IMG/VR virus record: IMGVR_UViG_3300026488_000011
Coordinates: 32,001-96,000 of that record
Length of the DNA stretch: 64,000 nt
From: a virus
Direction: 5' to 3' (one strand)
Shown piece by piece: positions 26,774 through 37,669 of the stretch (within the stretch, counting starts at the first letter, position 1; every line of letters begins with the position of its first letter). The translations under genes and the position numbers were made by a program. The notes under the pieces are model-generated. The model saw nothing but the letters and a program-made list of their open reading frames with translations, had not been told where the DNA came from and made no database searches.

Positions 26774-29344
26774 ATGATAAACTTAAGAGATTATATCAAA
26801 TCAACGCTCCAGTTAGTAAACAGTATGACTATATACATACAAGATGAAGCATACTTCATAGAAGATACTATTTTTAAACTAACTGGTAATAGGGAACTGG
26901 ATCCTTTAAAATGGAAGTATGTGTTAAACCTGCAGGGAAAACCACATCCTCTTATAGACGTCCCTATCTACACATACATTCCTGATATAGGAAAAGTCGA
27001 TATAATAACAGTAGATAACATAAACAGTTATCCAGTACTGAAACAAGAGTTGTTACGCTTCGACGATACTTTTCATAGGTTAATTTCTAATTATCCTAGG
27101 CAAGCTACACAGATAAGAGGAATTTTAAATCCTATTGATGAAAAAACCGTCATTGAAGCTAAAGATGGAGAAATCCTTTATTATAACAAAAATTTCATCA
27201 GTGAGAATGAGACTGACTTAATATATGAAATACAAACATTTGTTTATAATTTCTTATCCAGATACCATATAAAAGCCTATATGGTAGATGAGTATTATCT
27301 ACCTGCAATGATTTCTTTGTTGTATTCGGTGTTGCCTGGATTTGTATTAGCGAAAAGATTAGGTAATATACTCAGTAATAAAACTGATGCTTTCCATATA
27401 GAGAATTGGTTATATACGTTAAAGGAATTAGATCCGGGTAACTTACTTAATATGTCTACTAAAATCTGGTTATACGGTAACTTGAACGACATCAGAACAA
27501 ATGTAGGACATAACAGGATACTAGGTTATCTAGTGGAAAAAATTCTTGAGGAAAATAACGTAGGGGTAGGTAATTTAACAATCAATAAGACTGCCCCTGT
27601 CTTAAAAGATGATATTGGTGACTTAAAGGATCTACCATATAGCAAAGATCATATTCTAGATATTAAACCTGTTAATAAAGCATACATAAAAGAAGACGAT
27701 GACGAAATAGATGTTTTAAAGACCTTAGAAATTGAGAAAACGTTAGATCTAATACCGGACGACATAAACATCTACAGATTGAAAGATATCTATGAAAAAC
27801 AAATCAATAGTATTAAATTAAACGAAGCTAACACTAAAGTCTTCTTTTTAGACAAAAAAGAAATGGGTAACTTCTACCCAGAGACCATTTTAACTATACT
27901 GGTCTACAACTTTATTTATAAACTAAAAAATAAAGAAATATATGTAGATAGCAAGTATGTGGATCCTATCGCTAAAAAACTTATAGAGATAGATACAAAC
28001 AAAGCTTTCTACATATTTATTAAATATCTGCTGAGTATATCTGGGATAAATGATGAAGAGATATGGTTGACTGAGTACACATTTGATTATGTTTACAAAC
28101 CAATAACCGACACTACTGAATTAACTAAAGATTTAATGTACGGTACGGAATTAAAACCTTTTGCAGATATTATGGTACACACACTTAACGAGTACTCTAA
28201 TACTGTAAACCTACAGGTATTCCACAAATATATCCTAGTGTTATTAAAGACGATGTCGTTTATGTGGTACTTAATATCCAACGTAAACGACCAAATGCTA
28301 TCAGCAGATTTAAAAGTGTTATTTAATAGGATGTTTAAGAAGGGGAGAATTAGAGAACCTAGACCCGTGGAACTGAATTCTTTAATCGAATCATATGGAT
28401 TAAGAACTGAATTTCCTAAGGATCTAGCTTACAATGGATTAAGGAGCATAGTAAAGACATTCTTTAACTTAGATATTAGAGAAATAGATGTGATAGTAGA
28501 TACATTAAAATCATATTTAAAACTATCTAACAAGTTTAAATCTTATACTATCCAATTTGTCTTTGATGCTAATGTGATCGAAAAACAAAATATACAATTT
28601 AACAGTGTAATGCTAGGTAGCGCTAATAAGGGTATAGTTACTGTGCAATACGGACACTTTAGATATTATATCGACTCCAGAATCTGGCATAGATATATTC
28701 AATTACCGCCTGAAACAGTAGCCGTGGCAGTAAACCCTGATTATTATATAATCAAACCTACTGAAAAGCTTAAATTAAGTTCAAAAATGAAGGATATCAT
28801 AGTCCTTGATAGTTATTCTACTATCCATAGAGGTGAACTGTTTGATATGTTAAAACCAGCGATGAATGGGACTATGAGTGACGGTAAAATTACATTAGGT
28901 AATATAAGTATGCTAGATGAGGCGGTTGTGAAAAATCCTAGTATAAGATATAATGTAAAATCTATACAGACTAGTATGGATGAGTTTGTAGAGACAAATG
29001 CTATTTATCCTAATTACCAAACTAAAGGTCTGTCTTCTATAGGTAGAGAAGAATATTTTAGAACAGAAAATGTAGACAGCGTAAATGAAGTATCTACTGA
29101 AAAACGACCTATTAGTAGGTCAACTGCAAATGACATTTCTGTAAATGAAGTAACAACATCTAGAGAACTAAATACATCTAGATATTCTCCTATTACTAGT
29201 AGCAAGACAGAAGAGGATGGATTAAATACTAACGAAATCAAAGATAAAACGAAGGCATCCGCATATACCACTACAGTCATAGCAGAAGAAAATCGGATTG
29301 TTACTGTTCCTACAAATACTACGTACACAGTAGATCCAGAATAA
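26774..29344 (+). CDS. virion structural protein (phiKZ gp128-like)
   Basis: 856 aa; WKYVLNLQG-x-x-H motif; head-to-head with the portal gene as in phiKZ. Confidence 0.55.
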   Translation: MINLRDYIKSTLQLVNSMTIYIQDEAYFIEDTIFKLTGNRELDPLKWKYVLNLQGKPHPLIDVPIYTYIPDIGKVDIITVDNINSYPVLKQELLRFDDTFHRLISNYPRQATQIRGILNPIDEKTVIEAKDGEILYYNKNFISENETDLIYEIQTFVYNFLSRYHIKAYMVDEYYLPAMISLLYSVLPGFVLAKRLGNILSNKTDAFHIENWLYTLKELDPGNLLNMSTKIWLYGNLNDIRTNVGHNRILGYLVEKILEENNVGVGNLTINKTAPVLKDDIGDLKDLPYSKDHILDIKPVNKAYIKEDDDEIDVLKTLEIEKTLDLIPDDINIYRLKDIYEKQINSIKLNEANTKVFFLDKKEMGNFYPETILTILVYNFIYKLKNKEIYVDSKYVDPIAKKLIEIDTNKAFYIFIKYLLSISGINDEEIWLTEYTFDYVYKPITDTTELTKDLMYGTELKPFADIMVHTLNEYSNTVNLQVFHKYILVLLKTMSFMWYLISNVNDQMLSADLKVLFNRMFKKGRIREPRPVELNSLIESYGLRTEFPKDLAYNGLRSIVKTFFNLDIREIDVIVDTLKSYLKLSNKFKSYTIQFVFDANVIEKQNIQFNSVMLGSANKGIVTVQYGHFRYYIDSRIWHRYIQLPPETVAVAVNPDYYIIKPTEKLKLSSKMKDIIVLDSYSTIHRGELFDMLKPAMNGTMSDGKITLGNISMLDEAVVKNPSIRYNVKSIQTSMDEFVETNAIYPNYQTKGLSSIGREEYFRTENVDSVNEVSTEKRPISRSTANDISVNEVTTSRELNTSRYSPITSSKTEEDGLNTNEIKDKTKASAYTTTVIAEENRIVTVPTNTTYTVDPE

Positions 29345-29350
29345 TTTACC

Positions 29351-29380
29351 CACACTCTAGGGATCAGTCCCTAGAGTGTG
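29351..29380. terminator. bidirectional terminator hairpin
   Basis: 13-bp stem CACACTCTAGGGA/TCCCTAGAGTGTG between convergent genes. Confidence 0.8.
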
Positions 29381-30045
29381 TTTTTAAGATGCATTGCCGT
29401 TAAATAGTTTTTAAGAGCCTTAGTAGACATTGCGCCTTCCGCATATAAGTCTACCACTTTTTTAGATACTCTACCAAATTTCAGTAAAGCATTTTTCATT
29501 ACTGTATTAGCAGTAATGTCACCTCCTCTATCCCTCATAATTTCTACTAAAGAAGTTTTTACACCTAGACCTATTAACACCTGTAACTCAGGATAAGTCA
29601 TCTTACTGGTAGCATCATCGTCTTTAACTTGTCCAGTGATAGGATTAATTTGCTTACTGGATTCAGCTACTGATATACCTTTTTCTAGTGTTTGTTTAGT
29701 CCTTCTAAATGGTAGTGTAAGCACCATAAATTTTTCAGGAGTGATGTACTGTGGTAGGTCTTTATCTGGACCTATTGTAAGATGTTGAAAGAAATCAAAC
29801 CCCAATTCTTTAGCTAGGGAAATATTTCTTTTTAAATCTATCTTTCCATCAAATCCATCTGTAGGAATAATTACTTGTAGGATTTTTTTACCTGTACGTA
29901 AATCATTCATAAACTGCTCAAATTGTTTGTCATCCATAGAAGAGAATAAGTCTTCATAGAGTTTTACATTAAACTTACTTTGGGTAATTTTATAAATCCA
30001 GTCTTTAATAAATTTTTCTATCTCTTGTCTCTTTTTCATATTCAT
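29371..30045 (-). CDS. virion RNA polymerase beta subunit, C-terminal fragment (phiKZ gp149-like)
   Basis: MDDKQF near the N-terminus; RRTKQTLEKGISV...NPITGQV...PELQVL...EIMRDRGGD parallels the C-terminal region of RNAP beta. Confidence 0.75.
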   Translation of the reverse strand: MNMKKRQEIEKFIKDWIYKITQSKFNVKLYEDLFSSMDDKQFEQFMNDLRTGKKILQVIIPTDGFDGKIDLKRNISLAKELGFDFFQHLTIGPDKDLPQYITPEKFMVLTLPFRRTKQTLEKGISVAESSKQINPITGQVKDDDATSKMTYPELQVLIGLGVKTSLVEIMRDRGGDITANTVMKNALLKFGRVSKKVVDLYAEGAMSTKALKNYLTAMHLKNTL

Positions 30046-30122
30046 TACCTTTACTTTTATCTTTCAGGAAAAGAAAAAAAGCGAGATGAAGAACAAAGAC
30101 GTAATAGAGGAAGACTAGTTCT

Positions 30123-30548
30123 TCATCTCTTTGCCGCTTTTCTATCTCTTTTATGTCTATTTCTTCTACGTTTATTTCTTATCTTCAACTTTAATTTTCC
30201 GAATCTTTCTGATAAATCCAGTTCCATGGAAGATGAATTTTTATCCAATATCTCGTATCTAATGGCGGCTTTGGCGTCCTCAACGAATTTGTCGAGGTAC
30301 TCCTCTGGTATATCGGCCATGATTCTTCTCATGGCCGCATTCCAGTCCTTCACAATTAAGGCGGGATCTATATGGTTTGTCCCGCCTTCACTCCAGACGC
30401 TGACCTCGTCTAGAGTGTCGATGATGTCGTCGCCACATACGTGGCTTATTTCTACTAGTTCTATTCTATACTCTTTTTCCCCTCCACTGGGGAATTTTAA
30501 TGTAGTAGAGAATATTACATTATTACCATTATTTAATTCTTTTACCAT
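30123..30548 (-). CDS. hypothetical early protein with basic C-terminal tail
   Basis: Likely start is the ATG at 30548 behind GGAGG; locally higher GC; TATATAAC-like box near 30681-30693. Confidence 0.7.
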   Translation of the reverse strand: MVKELNNGNNVIFSTTLKFPSGGEKEYRIELVEISHVCGDDIIDTLDEVSVWSEGGTNHIDPALIVKDWNAAMRRIMADIPEEYLDKFVEDAKAAIRYEILDKNSSSMELDLSERFGKLKLKIRNKRRRNRHKRDRKAAKR

Positions 30549-30720
30549 TTTGACCTCCAAAGTCCCGGACGCCATATTAGGAGACTCTAAAGAGTCGCTC
30601 AATTGTAAGGCGGCTTAAGAGCTTCCGCCTGGCGCTACCCGGAACAAAATTTACGTTAATTAGTTTTGCTTTGTCTTATAAGTTATATATAAGTGAAATA
30701 AAATGCATGCTAAAAATACA

Positions 30721-30750
30721 TACCTTTCTAGGAACGTTCCTAGAAAGGTA
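30721..30750. terminator. perfect 30-bp palindrome at gene end
   Basis: TACCTTTCTAGGAAC/GTTCCTAGAAAGGTA, overlapping the stop of 30740-31453. Confidence 0.7.
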
Positions 30751-31453
30751 TTATCAGATAGATTTTATCAGGTTGTTTTAAACTAACATATTTTAGATTA
30801 AAGTTAACGGTGGTCTTAGGGAGTATAGTGTATAGAGGTAGTGTGGCATCATTGCCAAATACATTACCTCTGTCTAATTCTATAAAGGCTAGGTTATTTA
30901 CCCTTTTATAAATACTAACACCTCCTATATCTTCTCTCACTCTTCCATCATATCCATTTCTTAAACCGTGTAAGTTTAACATCCTTACCCTATAGTTAAC
31001 AGGTGCGTTGCCTTTAGGTAAATTCACTACTGGAAAGTCTTTGAACACATAACTGAAACCATCATCTATGTTACTAGTATTATAACCTACCCTGTATCCA
31101 GTTAATTCCAGGTAAGCGTTAGGAATAATACTTAAGTCATAACTATCAGGATTAGGCATCATGATATAATCGTTGTATTTTGCATCATGATAGATAGCAA
31201 AAGGTGTGTCTCTAAATACTGATTTACCTTTTACTAAAAAGGTAAACCTATTGTCCATATCTGGGTCATATGGTTTATTATTAGGTTCATTATTACTTAC
31301 CTCTAAAGAATCAATCTCAACTTCAGATATTAATTTATCAGGTAGTGTTATCATTGGTACACTAGAAGTAAAAACTAAATTTACCACAGGGTCGCTGTTT
31401 TTCTTTTCATTACCATCGTACAGTTTGAAGGATCTCCTATCAATATTACTCAT
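30740..31453 (-). CDS. hypothetical beta-rich protein, possibly structural
   Basis: 237 aa with AAGGAG RBS. Confidence 0.7.
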   Translation of the reverse strand: MSNIDRRSFKLYDGNEKKNSDPVVNLVFTSSVPMITLPDKLISEVEIDSLEVSNNEPNNKPYDPDMDNRFTFLVKGKSVFRDTPFAIYHDAKYNDYIMMPNPDSYDLSIIPNAYLELTGYRVGYNTSNIDDGFSYVFKDFPVVNLPKGNAPVNYRVRMLNLHGLRNGYDGRVREDIGGVSIYKRVNNLAFIELDRGNVFGNDATLPLYTILPKTTVNFNLKYVSLKQPDKIYLIIPF

Positions 31454-31463
31454 TCTCTACTCC

Positions 31464-31880
31464 TTAAATAGCGTCATTATTGAACAATAAAGGTATTGTA
31501 TAATCAATCATGCAATCTAGCCATCCTTCTTCATCTGCATAGTATGGAATAGCCATCAATAGAGGCATGATGTCAATATTTTCGTCTTCTGCTTTTAATT
31601 TATATAGATGATTTATCAGTACTCCGCTAATAACCAATTTTTGTACTTGATCTTTCTTATTTTCAATATCAGGTTCTTCTGCTCTAATCATCTCTTCTAT
31701 TTTCTGTGCTTTTTCAGGATTTATCTTATAAGCTGCTTCCATCAGTTTTCTAAAGATATTTATATCGGCATCAGATTTCTCACTAGCGTATAATTTTAAT
31801 CCTGCCATTCTAAGTTTTTGACTAGCTTCTTGTAGCTCTTTCATAGATTGTTCAATCTCGTTTAACTTTTTACCGTCCAT
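31464..31880 (-). CDS. hypothetical protein
   Basis: 138 aa with AAGGAG RBS. Confidence 0.75.
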   Translation of the reverse strand: MDGKKLNEIEQSMKELQEASQKLRMAGLKLYASEKSDADINIFRKLMEAAYKINPEKAQKIEEMIRAEEPDIENKKDQVQKLVISGVLINHLYKLKAEDENIDIMPLLMAIPYYADEEGWLDCMIDYTIPLLFNNDAI

Positions 31881-31937
31881 TTCTTCTCCTTTTATAATAT
31901 TATTGTTTCAGTGTATAAAGAGAAAAGAAAAAAGTTG

Positions 31938-31958
31938 ACTAGGAATATTTCCTAGTCG
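31938..31958 (-). terminator. terminator hairpin after recombinase
   Basis: GACTAGGAA/TTCCTAGTC stem followed by a long minus-strand T-run. Confidence 0.7.
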
Positions 31959-33415
31959 TTAAACCATTTTTCGTATTCCTTTTTAGGCTTTTTAGTTTTC
32001 TCATCCATCCAGTATGGAGTATAAAGACCTTTTCTCATTTTTAATAAATCCACTGTACTTAGAAACGGTGGTACGTCGGGACTATATTGTTTAATTGTCC
32101 ACCAGCCTCTAGTCTTAAGCAACATATTCCAATCATATCCAAGTTTTTCCAAATCTTCTCTCAGTTCTTTAGGACTACATAATAACCCTTGAGTTTTCAT
32201 AACAGGTTGAAATGTGTGTAATTGTAATAATTCAGAAGTAATATTTACAGCTCTTCTTAATTTTTCATCTTGTTCTAACTTATTTCTCACAGTAGTCCTA
32301 CTCAACTTCACATCTGGATAGAGTTCTAACCAATAGCTTCTTACTGATCCATCTAGTCCAAACTTATTAGTTTTAATATAATGGAATTCTGTTAAGCTAG
32401 GTAGTACGCCTTCTGTCTGGCTAACTACTATTGGAAGAGTATATCCCGATGGACCGGACTTGCTCCTTACTTGTAATAAGTTTACTACATTCAGATCAGT
32501 CTCAATATCGTCTTCACCCCTAGGATATTCTGGTTGTTTTGTAGACTGATTAATTAAGGCAGACGGACTAAATGTTTTCCAGTAATGAGTAGTTAAGAAC
32601 ATTACTTTATCAGTAGCACCTTTAATCTTTTCGTCTTGCTTCATAAACTGTAGATCTTTTGTAGGTTTAGCAAATGGATTACCAGACATATCTATCTTTT
32701 TACCTAAATGTGTACTGAAAAGAAAATAGATATTTGCTCTGTTAGATAATCCTGGCATGTCCTTCAACACCTTTGTTTTATATAATCCCTGTTTCATAAA
32801 TAAGGTGTTTGTTTTATCTTCTTCAAGATTTTCTAACATGTCTATTGTAGTTTCTGATTCAAACTCTGTTAGAGAATCTATTTCTACAAACGATGGATAC
32901 GGTAACTTTAAAGGTTCCTTTTTAAGGTTATCTAGAAAAGCTTCATATACTACCTCAACATCCTTATCTTCTTCTTTTTCCTTTACCATAGGATAAAGCT
33001 CTTCTTTTAACCATTTATTGGCCGGTAATTCTGATTTAGTCCTGATCACCCACTGACCTGTCATAATTGGATCCCTATCCAAATATTTTGTATGTTTATT
33101 CACTAAGTTATTATAACGGTCAGGATTTAATAACATATTGTCTTCTGTATCGTAAGTCTCCATCATAATTAATTCTGGATAACTAGCAGCCATTCTATCA
33201 GCTGCTGTGTACATCATATGGTGCATTAAGGTAGATTTAAACGTATTACCTAACCCAGCAAATCCTTCAATACTACTTAGTCCTCCATTTATAATAGATT
33301 CACCTTTAGCTCCTGTTACTATTGCTCCTGTAGGTATATCCAGTAAAGCACCTACATTTATTAACGGTCTTAATCTTAAGTTATTCGGTTTTCTTATTAA
33401 TTTTTTCTTAGCCAT
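31952..33415 (-). CDS. uvsX: RecA/UvsX-like recombinase (phiKZ gp152-like)
   Basis: LRPLINVGALLDIPTG, Walker A GLGNTFKST, Walker B VEIDSL, RSKSGPSG. Confidence 0.85.
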   Translation of the reverse strand: MAKKKLIRKPNNLRLRPLINVGALLDIPTGAIVTGAKGESIINGGLSSIEGFAGLGNTFKSTLMHHMMYTAADRMAASYPELIMMETYDTEDNMLLNPDRYNNLVNKHTKYLDRDPIMTGQWVIRTKSELPANKWLKEELYPMVKEKEEDKDVEVVYEAFLDNLKKEPLKLPYPSFVEIDSLTEFESETTIDMLENLEEDKTNTLFMKQGLYKTKVLKDMPGLSNRANIYFLFSTHLGKKIDMSGNPFAKPTKDLQFMKQDEKIKGATDKVMFLTTHYWKTFSPSALINQSTKQPEYPRGEDDIETDLNVVNLLQVRSKSGPSGYTLPIVVSQTEGVLPSLTEFHYIKTNKFGLDGSVRSYWLELYPDVKLSRTTVRNKLEQDEKLRRAVNITSELLQLHTFQPVMKTQGLLCSPKELREDLEKLGYDWNMLLKTRGWWTIKQYSPDVPPFLSTVDLLKMRKGLYTPYWMDEKTKKPKKEYEKWFND

Positions 33416-33524
33416 AGTTTCTCCTTTATCTTTTTCATTCAGGAAATCATGTTGTAATAAAAAAGATTACATAGAGTAAACAAGTTACTTTGAAATAAAC
33501 GATAACATACAAAAAGGATAAAGC

Positions 33525-35339
33525 ATGGGTTTAAAAATAATCAGTATTAGTAAGTGGGATGATGAGAATACAGGCTTAACACATTACGCCACTACATGGC
33601 AAGTATCTGATTCTCCTGATTTTCAAAATGTATTGTTAGAAGAACCGGAATCTGAAACTTTCCTAGATACATGGGAAGTTAATTTAGCTATCCCTACTGG
33701 AGAAGTATACTATGTGAGAGCTAAAAGACATTTTAAAGATAGCGAAGGTAACGTCGTAGAAAATGATATTTGGCTAGGACCAGAGCCATTAATAGAGGCA
33801 TCGGAAATTAAAATAGAACCGCTTAAACCTAGTGTTTATGTAGAAGACCCATACGTGGAATTTGTATCTCTAGATGCTGAGAATGGTTTAAAATTAAGAG
33901 CCTTAGAACCTAAAGACGGTATAGGCGTAGTATCAGTAGACTGGACAATAAAGGCAGACGGTAAGACCGTTTATAGTATAATGGATAAAACTGAGGATCC
34001 GTTTGTACTTATTGTTTCTAACGATGTTTATAACTTTACTGCAGCAGAAGAGATTGAAGTATTAGTTAGATATAATGGTAAACTAGGCGTTTCTAGTAGA
34101 CTTTATAAAGACAAAATAGAGTTAACTAAAAGATTATTTCATTTAGACGTAGATTTAAGTAATTTCCCTCTAAACGAGAATACATTAGTAAATATAATTA
34201 GTGATAGCGATATAGGTGTGACTGTGTATAGTCCAGTTCTGATTACTACACTCGATAATAAAGTAATAGCTGAGGCACAAGTATTAGACGGCAATAAATT
34301 GGATATCCCAGCTTCGTATTTAAAACCTAACACTAGTTACAAGATAAGCATACCTGTAAGTTATGTAGACCCAGTTGAGAATGTAAAAAGATCTACAGAA
34401 GTGGTGTTTTATATCAAAACAGCCAAAGCTAGTGAAGCATTTACTATTAATCCTGATTATGAGTACAAGAATAGATTTGTGAGAGTAGGTTTAGTAGACC
34501 CTAAAGATTTTGACATAAAACCAATACCACAACACACAGAACAACCTATTACTGGAACAATACCTATGCTGGATTACAATGGTAGAATCGATCTTAAACT
34601 ACTGACTGGGTTAGAGAATGGATTTGGATTATCTAGTATCAAGAAACTATTCGATTATGATTCTGAAGCCATAAAATTCGAATTCCTTCCTTACAATAGA
34701 TTATTGGTATTCAGAAAACCAATAGATAAAGATCCTGTAATGGAATTATACGAATTCGATCCTTATAAAGATGAGCTAAAAGCCATTAAAACAAATGTCA
34801 TCTTTCCACAAGCAATGTCTATTATAGAAAGAAATCCAACGTTTATACTAGATGATAAGTTTGGATTCGGTATAGTTAATGAAGGTTCTTTAGAATTAAA
34901 TGTTATTGATAAAGATGGTAACATAGAGACAGTTAAAACTCTTACATTGCCAGGAGTAGAAGGTCTTAGAAATGTAACATTATCACAATTTGATTACGAT
35001 ACCCTAATGATAGTACCTGAGGGAGGCACCGTACCTACAAGATCTATTGTATATGATTTTAATAAAGACGATTTATTCCTAGGACCTGTAATTCCTGAAG
35101 ATTTTAGAAATAAACCATTAACTAATAATAGACTAATTAATGGTAACATCATTTACTTTAAATTAGACACTCCTGATGATTTCATGGTTTACAATAGAAA
35201 AACACATAGTTTCGACATTACTCTAAACGACTTAACAACAGAAAATAACTGGATCGGTAGTATCAAACTTAAATCAGGTAGACTATTAAAATACCTAATT
35301 GATAGTGACGGCAAAATCAACTTTTATCTATATGAGTAG
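33525..35339 (+). CDS. virion structural protein, Ig/FN3-like domains plus C-terminal beta-propeller-like region (tail/receptor-binding candidate)
   Basis: 604 aa; THYATTWQVS N-terminal motif; beta-rich repeats; lies upstream of the sheath gene. Confidence 0.5.
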   Translation: MGLKIISISKWDDENTGLTHYATTWQVSDSPDFQNVLLEEPESETFLDTWEVNLAIPTGEVYYVRAKRHFKDSEGNVVENDIWLGPEPLIEASEIKIEPLKPSVYVEDPYVEFVSLDAENGLKLRALEPKDGIGVVSVDWTIKADGKTVYSIMDKTEDPFVLIVSNDVYNFTAAEEIEVLVRYNGKLGVSSRLYKDKIELTKRLFHLDVDLSNFPLNENTLVNIISDSDIGVTVYSPVLITTLDNKVIAEAQVLDGNKLDIPASYLKPNTSYKISIPVSYVDPVENVKRSTEVVFYIKTAKASEAFTINPDYEYKNRFVRVGLVDPKDFDIKPIPQHTEQPITGTIPMLDYNGRIDLKLLTGLENGFGLSSIKKLFDYDSEAIKFEFLPYNRLLVFRKPIDKDPVMELYEFDPYKDELKAIKTNVIFPQAMSIIERNPTFILDDKFGFGIVNEGSLELNVIDKDGNIETVKTLTLPGVEGLRNVTLSQFDYDTLMIVPEGGTVPTRSIVYDFNKDDLFLGPVIPEDFRNKPLTNNRLINGNIIYFKLDTPDDFMVYNRKTHSFDITLNDLTTENNWIGSIKLKSGRLLKYLIDSDGKINFYLYE

Positions 35340-35358
35340 AGTCAATACTCTACTCATA
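35331..35358 (+). terminator. intrinsic terminator
   Basis: 12-bp stem overlapping the TAG stop, then a T-run. Confidence 0.75.
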
Positions 35359-35435
35359 TTTTTTTATCTTTGGTCCATTATGATATTACTTTAGCATGAT
35401 TACTATTTTAGAATATTGAAATTAAAGGATTAAAC

Positions 35436-37622
35436 ATGGCAACAACACCAGTTAATGCAGCTCCTATGTTTATACCATTAGGAACTGACGATAAATCAAC
35501 TAGACCTATCACACCAGCACCAATTCCAATTCCATCACATCTACCTCTAGTATTCCTTAAAACAGCTAGAGGACCAGTAGTAGATGAAATGGGATTAGCA
35601 GTAAGAGAATTAGTAGACGGTAGTAAATTACTAAAGTTATACGGAGATAGAACTCTCGATGTAAATGATGTGTTTTACAATCATGCTACTAAATTAGCAA
35701 ATACTGTATTAGGGAAAGGTAATAGTATATTAGTTCAAAGACTAGTATCTGAGGATGCTAGAAATGTTAAAGCTAATATCACTGTGTACTTAGATGTATT
35801 ACCTACAAAAGTACCGAACTACAAAAGACACAGAGATGGTTCAATCGCATATGACGAAAACGGTGAACCTATCGAAGATGAAAATAGTCCAATTGACGGA
35901 TTTAAGGTAAAATTAGTAGGAATTTCTGAGAGATCTACAGATGATGTAAATCCTGCTACAAGCCCTATCGGTACAAAAACTACTTTACCTGGTACAATGG
36001 TAGATGACAGCGGTGAAAGTACTGTACGCTCACAAATGTACCCTATCTTAGAATTCCAAGCAATGTACCCAGGTAGTGATTATAACAACATTGGATTTGC
36101 CATTAATCTAATATCTAACGATATGATAAATCCTGATGTTATAGAACTTATTAAAGCACTGCCTTTCGAACTTTATGTTTACGAAAAGAAAGATGGTGTG
36201 CCTACTATTAAAAGAACGTTATTCGGATCACAGTACAAAGATTTCGTATTTAAACCAAATACAACTGATCCAATTACAAATAAACCATATACATTACCGG
36301 AAGTACTGTATAGAGAATGGTATAATACAGATAATATGGAATTACCTCTAGAATATCCTGATGTTCAGAAACCATACATTTACTACGATAATCTAGAATT
36401 CTTGTTAGCTGAATTTATTCAAACTGAGAAACCATATATCAATGCTGATATTGAAACAGTGGACGGCGTAATCGTAAATACGTCAGAATGGTTTGATTTC
36501 TTACCAGATGCTACTGATAATGAAAATAAATGGTTATTAAACCCATTTAACGCATTCTCTAGTAAGAGAGTAAAATACTTTTCAATAGTGTATGACGATT
36601 CTGCCGTAGATGATAAGATATACAAAAACGTATACTTTAATGCTAACTTGCCATTCTATTTAGCTAATGGTATAGACGGTGATCTAACAGAAGAGAAGTT
36701 TGAAGAACTAGTATCTGTAGAAATGGATAAGTATATTGATCCTAACAGTGAATTCATGGATCTAGCTAAAAACGTAGAATCAGTATTTTACGACAGTGGA
36801 TTCAGTATAGACGTTAAGAAAAAACTGGCTAACTTCATAGGCTTAAGAAAAGATACATTTTTAGTATTAAGTACTAGAGAAGATAAACTAGGTGATAAGT
36901 TCGTAGATTTATCTACAGAAAGAGCTATTGCTATTAACCTAAAAGCTAGATTACAATTATTCCCAGAATCTACATTCTTCGGAACTCCAGTGGCTAGAGC
37001 TATGATTGTAGCAGGCAATGGTATTGATAAAAACGATAACACTAACCACAGATGGCCGTTAACTTTACACGTAGCTGCTAAAGCTGCTAGAATGATGGGT
37101 GCTGGTAACGGTAAATGGAATCCTAACTATCTATTCTTCAAAGGTGAAGATAACGTAATTGAACAGTTTATAGACGTGCAGCCGGCATTCGTGCCTCAAG
37201 GTGTTAAACCAGCACTATGGTCAGCAGGATTGGTATGGCCAGAGAAATATGATTTTAGAAGATACTACTTCCCAGCAATGCAAACAGTATATGACGATGA
37301 TACTAGTATCCTGAATAACTTTGCTGTAGGTATGGCTATTACTAAGATAACAAAAGTAGCGGCAGCTGCGCATAGAAAATTCTCAGGAGTAGTAGAATAT
37401 ACTCCAGACAGATTAATAGAAGAAGTTGAAAACTATATGATGTCTGAACTTAAAGATAGATTTGCTGGGGTTGTAAAACCTGTAGTAAAAGTAATGATTA
37501 CTGATTATGATAAAGAAAGAGGCTATAGCTGGACAACTGTTGTTAAAATGTATGCTAACAACATGAGAACTGTTAACACATTCTCTATCGAAGCTTGGAG
37601 ATTAGAGGACTATACAGGGTAA
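35436..37622 (+). CDS. contractile tail sheath protein (phiKZ gp29-like)
   Basis: 728 aa; NAAP...GTDDKS, PSHLP...RGP, YDSGF, FFGTPVARA, FPAMQTVYDDDTS. Confidence 0.9.
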   Translation: MATTPVNAAPMFIPLGTDDKSTRPITPAPIPIPSHLPLVFLKTARGPVVDEMGLAVRELVDGSKLLKLYGDRTLDVNDVFYNHATKLANTVLGKGNSILVQRLVSEDARNVKANITVYLDVLPTKVPNYKRHRDGSIAYDENGEPIEDENSPIDGFKVKLVGISERSTDDVNPATSPIGTKTTLPGTMVDDSGESTVRSQMYPILEFQAMYPGSDYNNIGFAINLISNDMINPDVIELIKALPFELYVYEKKDGVPTIKRTLFGSQYKDFVFKPNTTDPITNKPYTLPEVLYREWYNTDNMELPLEYPDVQKPYIYYDNLEFLLAEFIQTEKPYINADIETVDGVIVNTSEWFDFLPDATDNENKWLLNPFNAFSSKRVKYFSIVYDDSAVDDKIYKNVYFNANLPFYLANGIDGDLTEEKFEELVSVEMDKYIDPNSEFMDLAKNVESVFYDSGFSIDVKKKLANFIGLRKDTFLVLSTREDKLGDKFVDLSTERAIAINLKARLQLFPESTFFGTPVARAMIVAGNGIDKNDNTNHRWPLTLHVAAKAARMMGAGNGKWNPNYLFFKGEDNVIEQFIDVQPAFVPQGVKPALWSAGLVWPEKYDFRRYYFPAMQTVYDDDTSILNNFAVGMAITKITKVAAAAHRKFSGVVEYTPDRLIEEVENYMMSELKDRFAGVVKPVVKVMITDYDKERGYSWTTVVKMYANNMRTVNTFSIEAWRLEDYTG

Positions 37623-37669
37623 TCCTGTAATCCTCTTCTCTTATTACAAAAAATATAAAGGAAGTTAAA

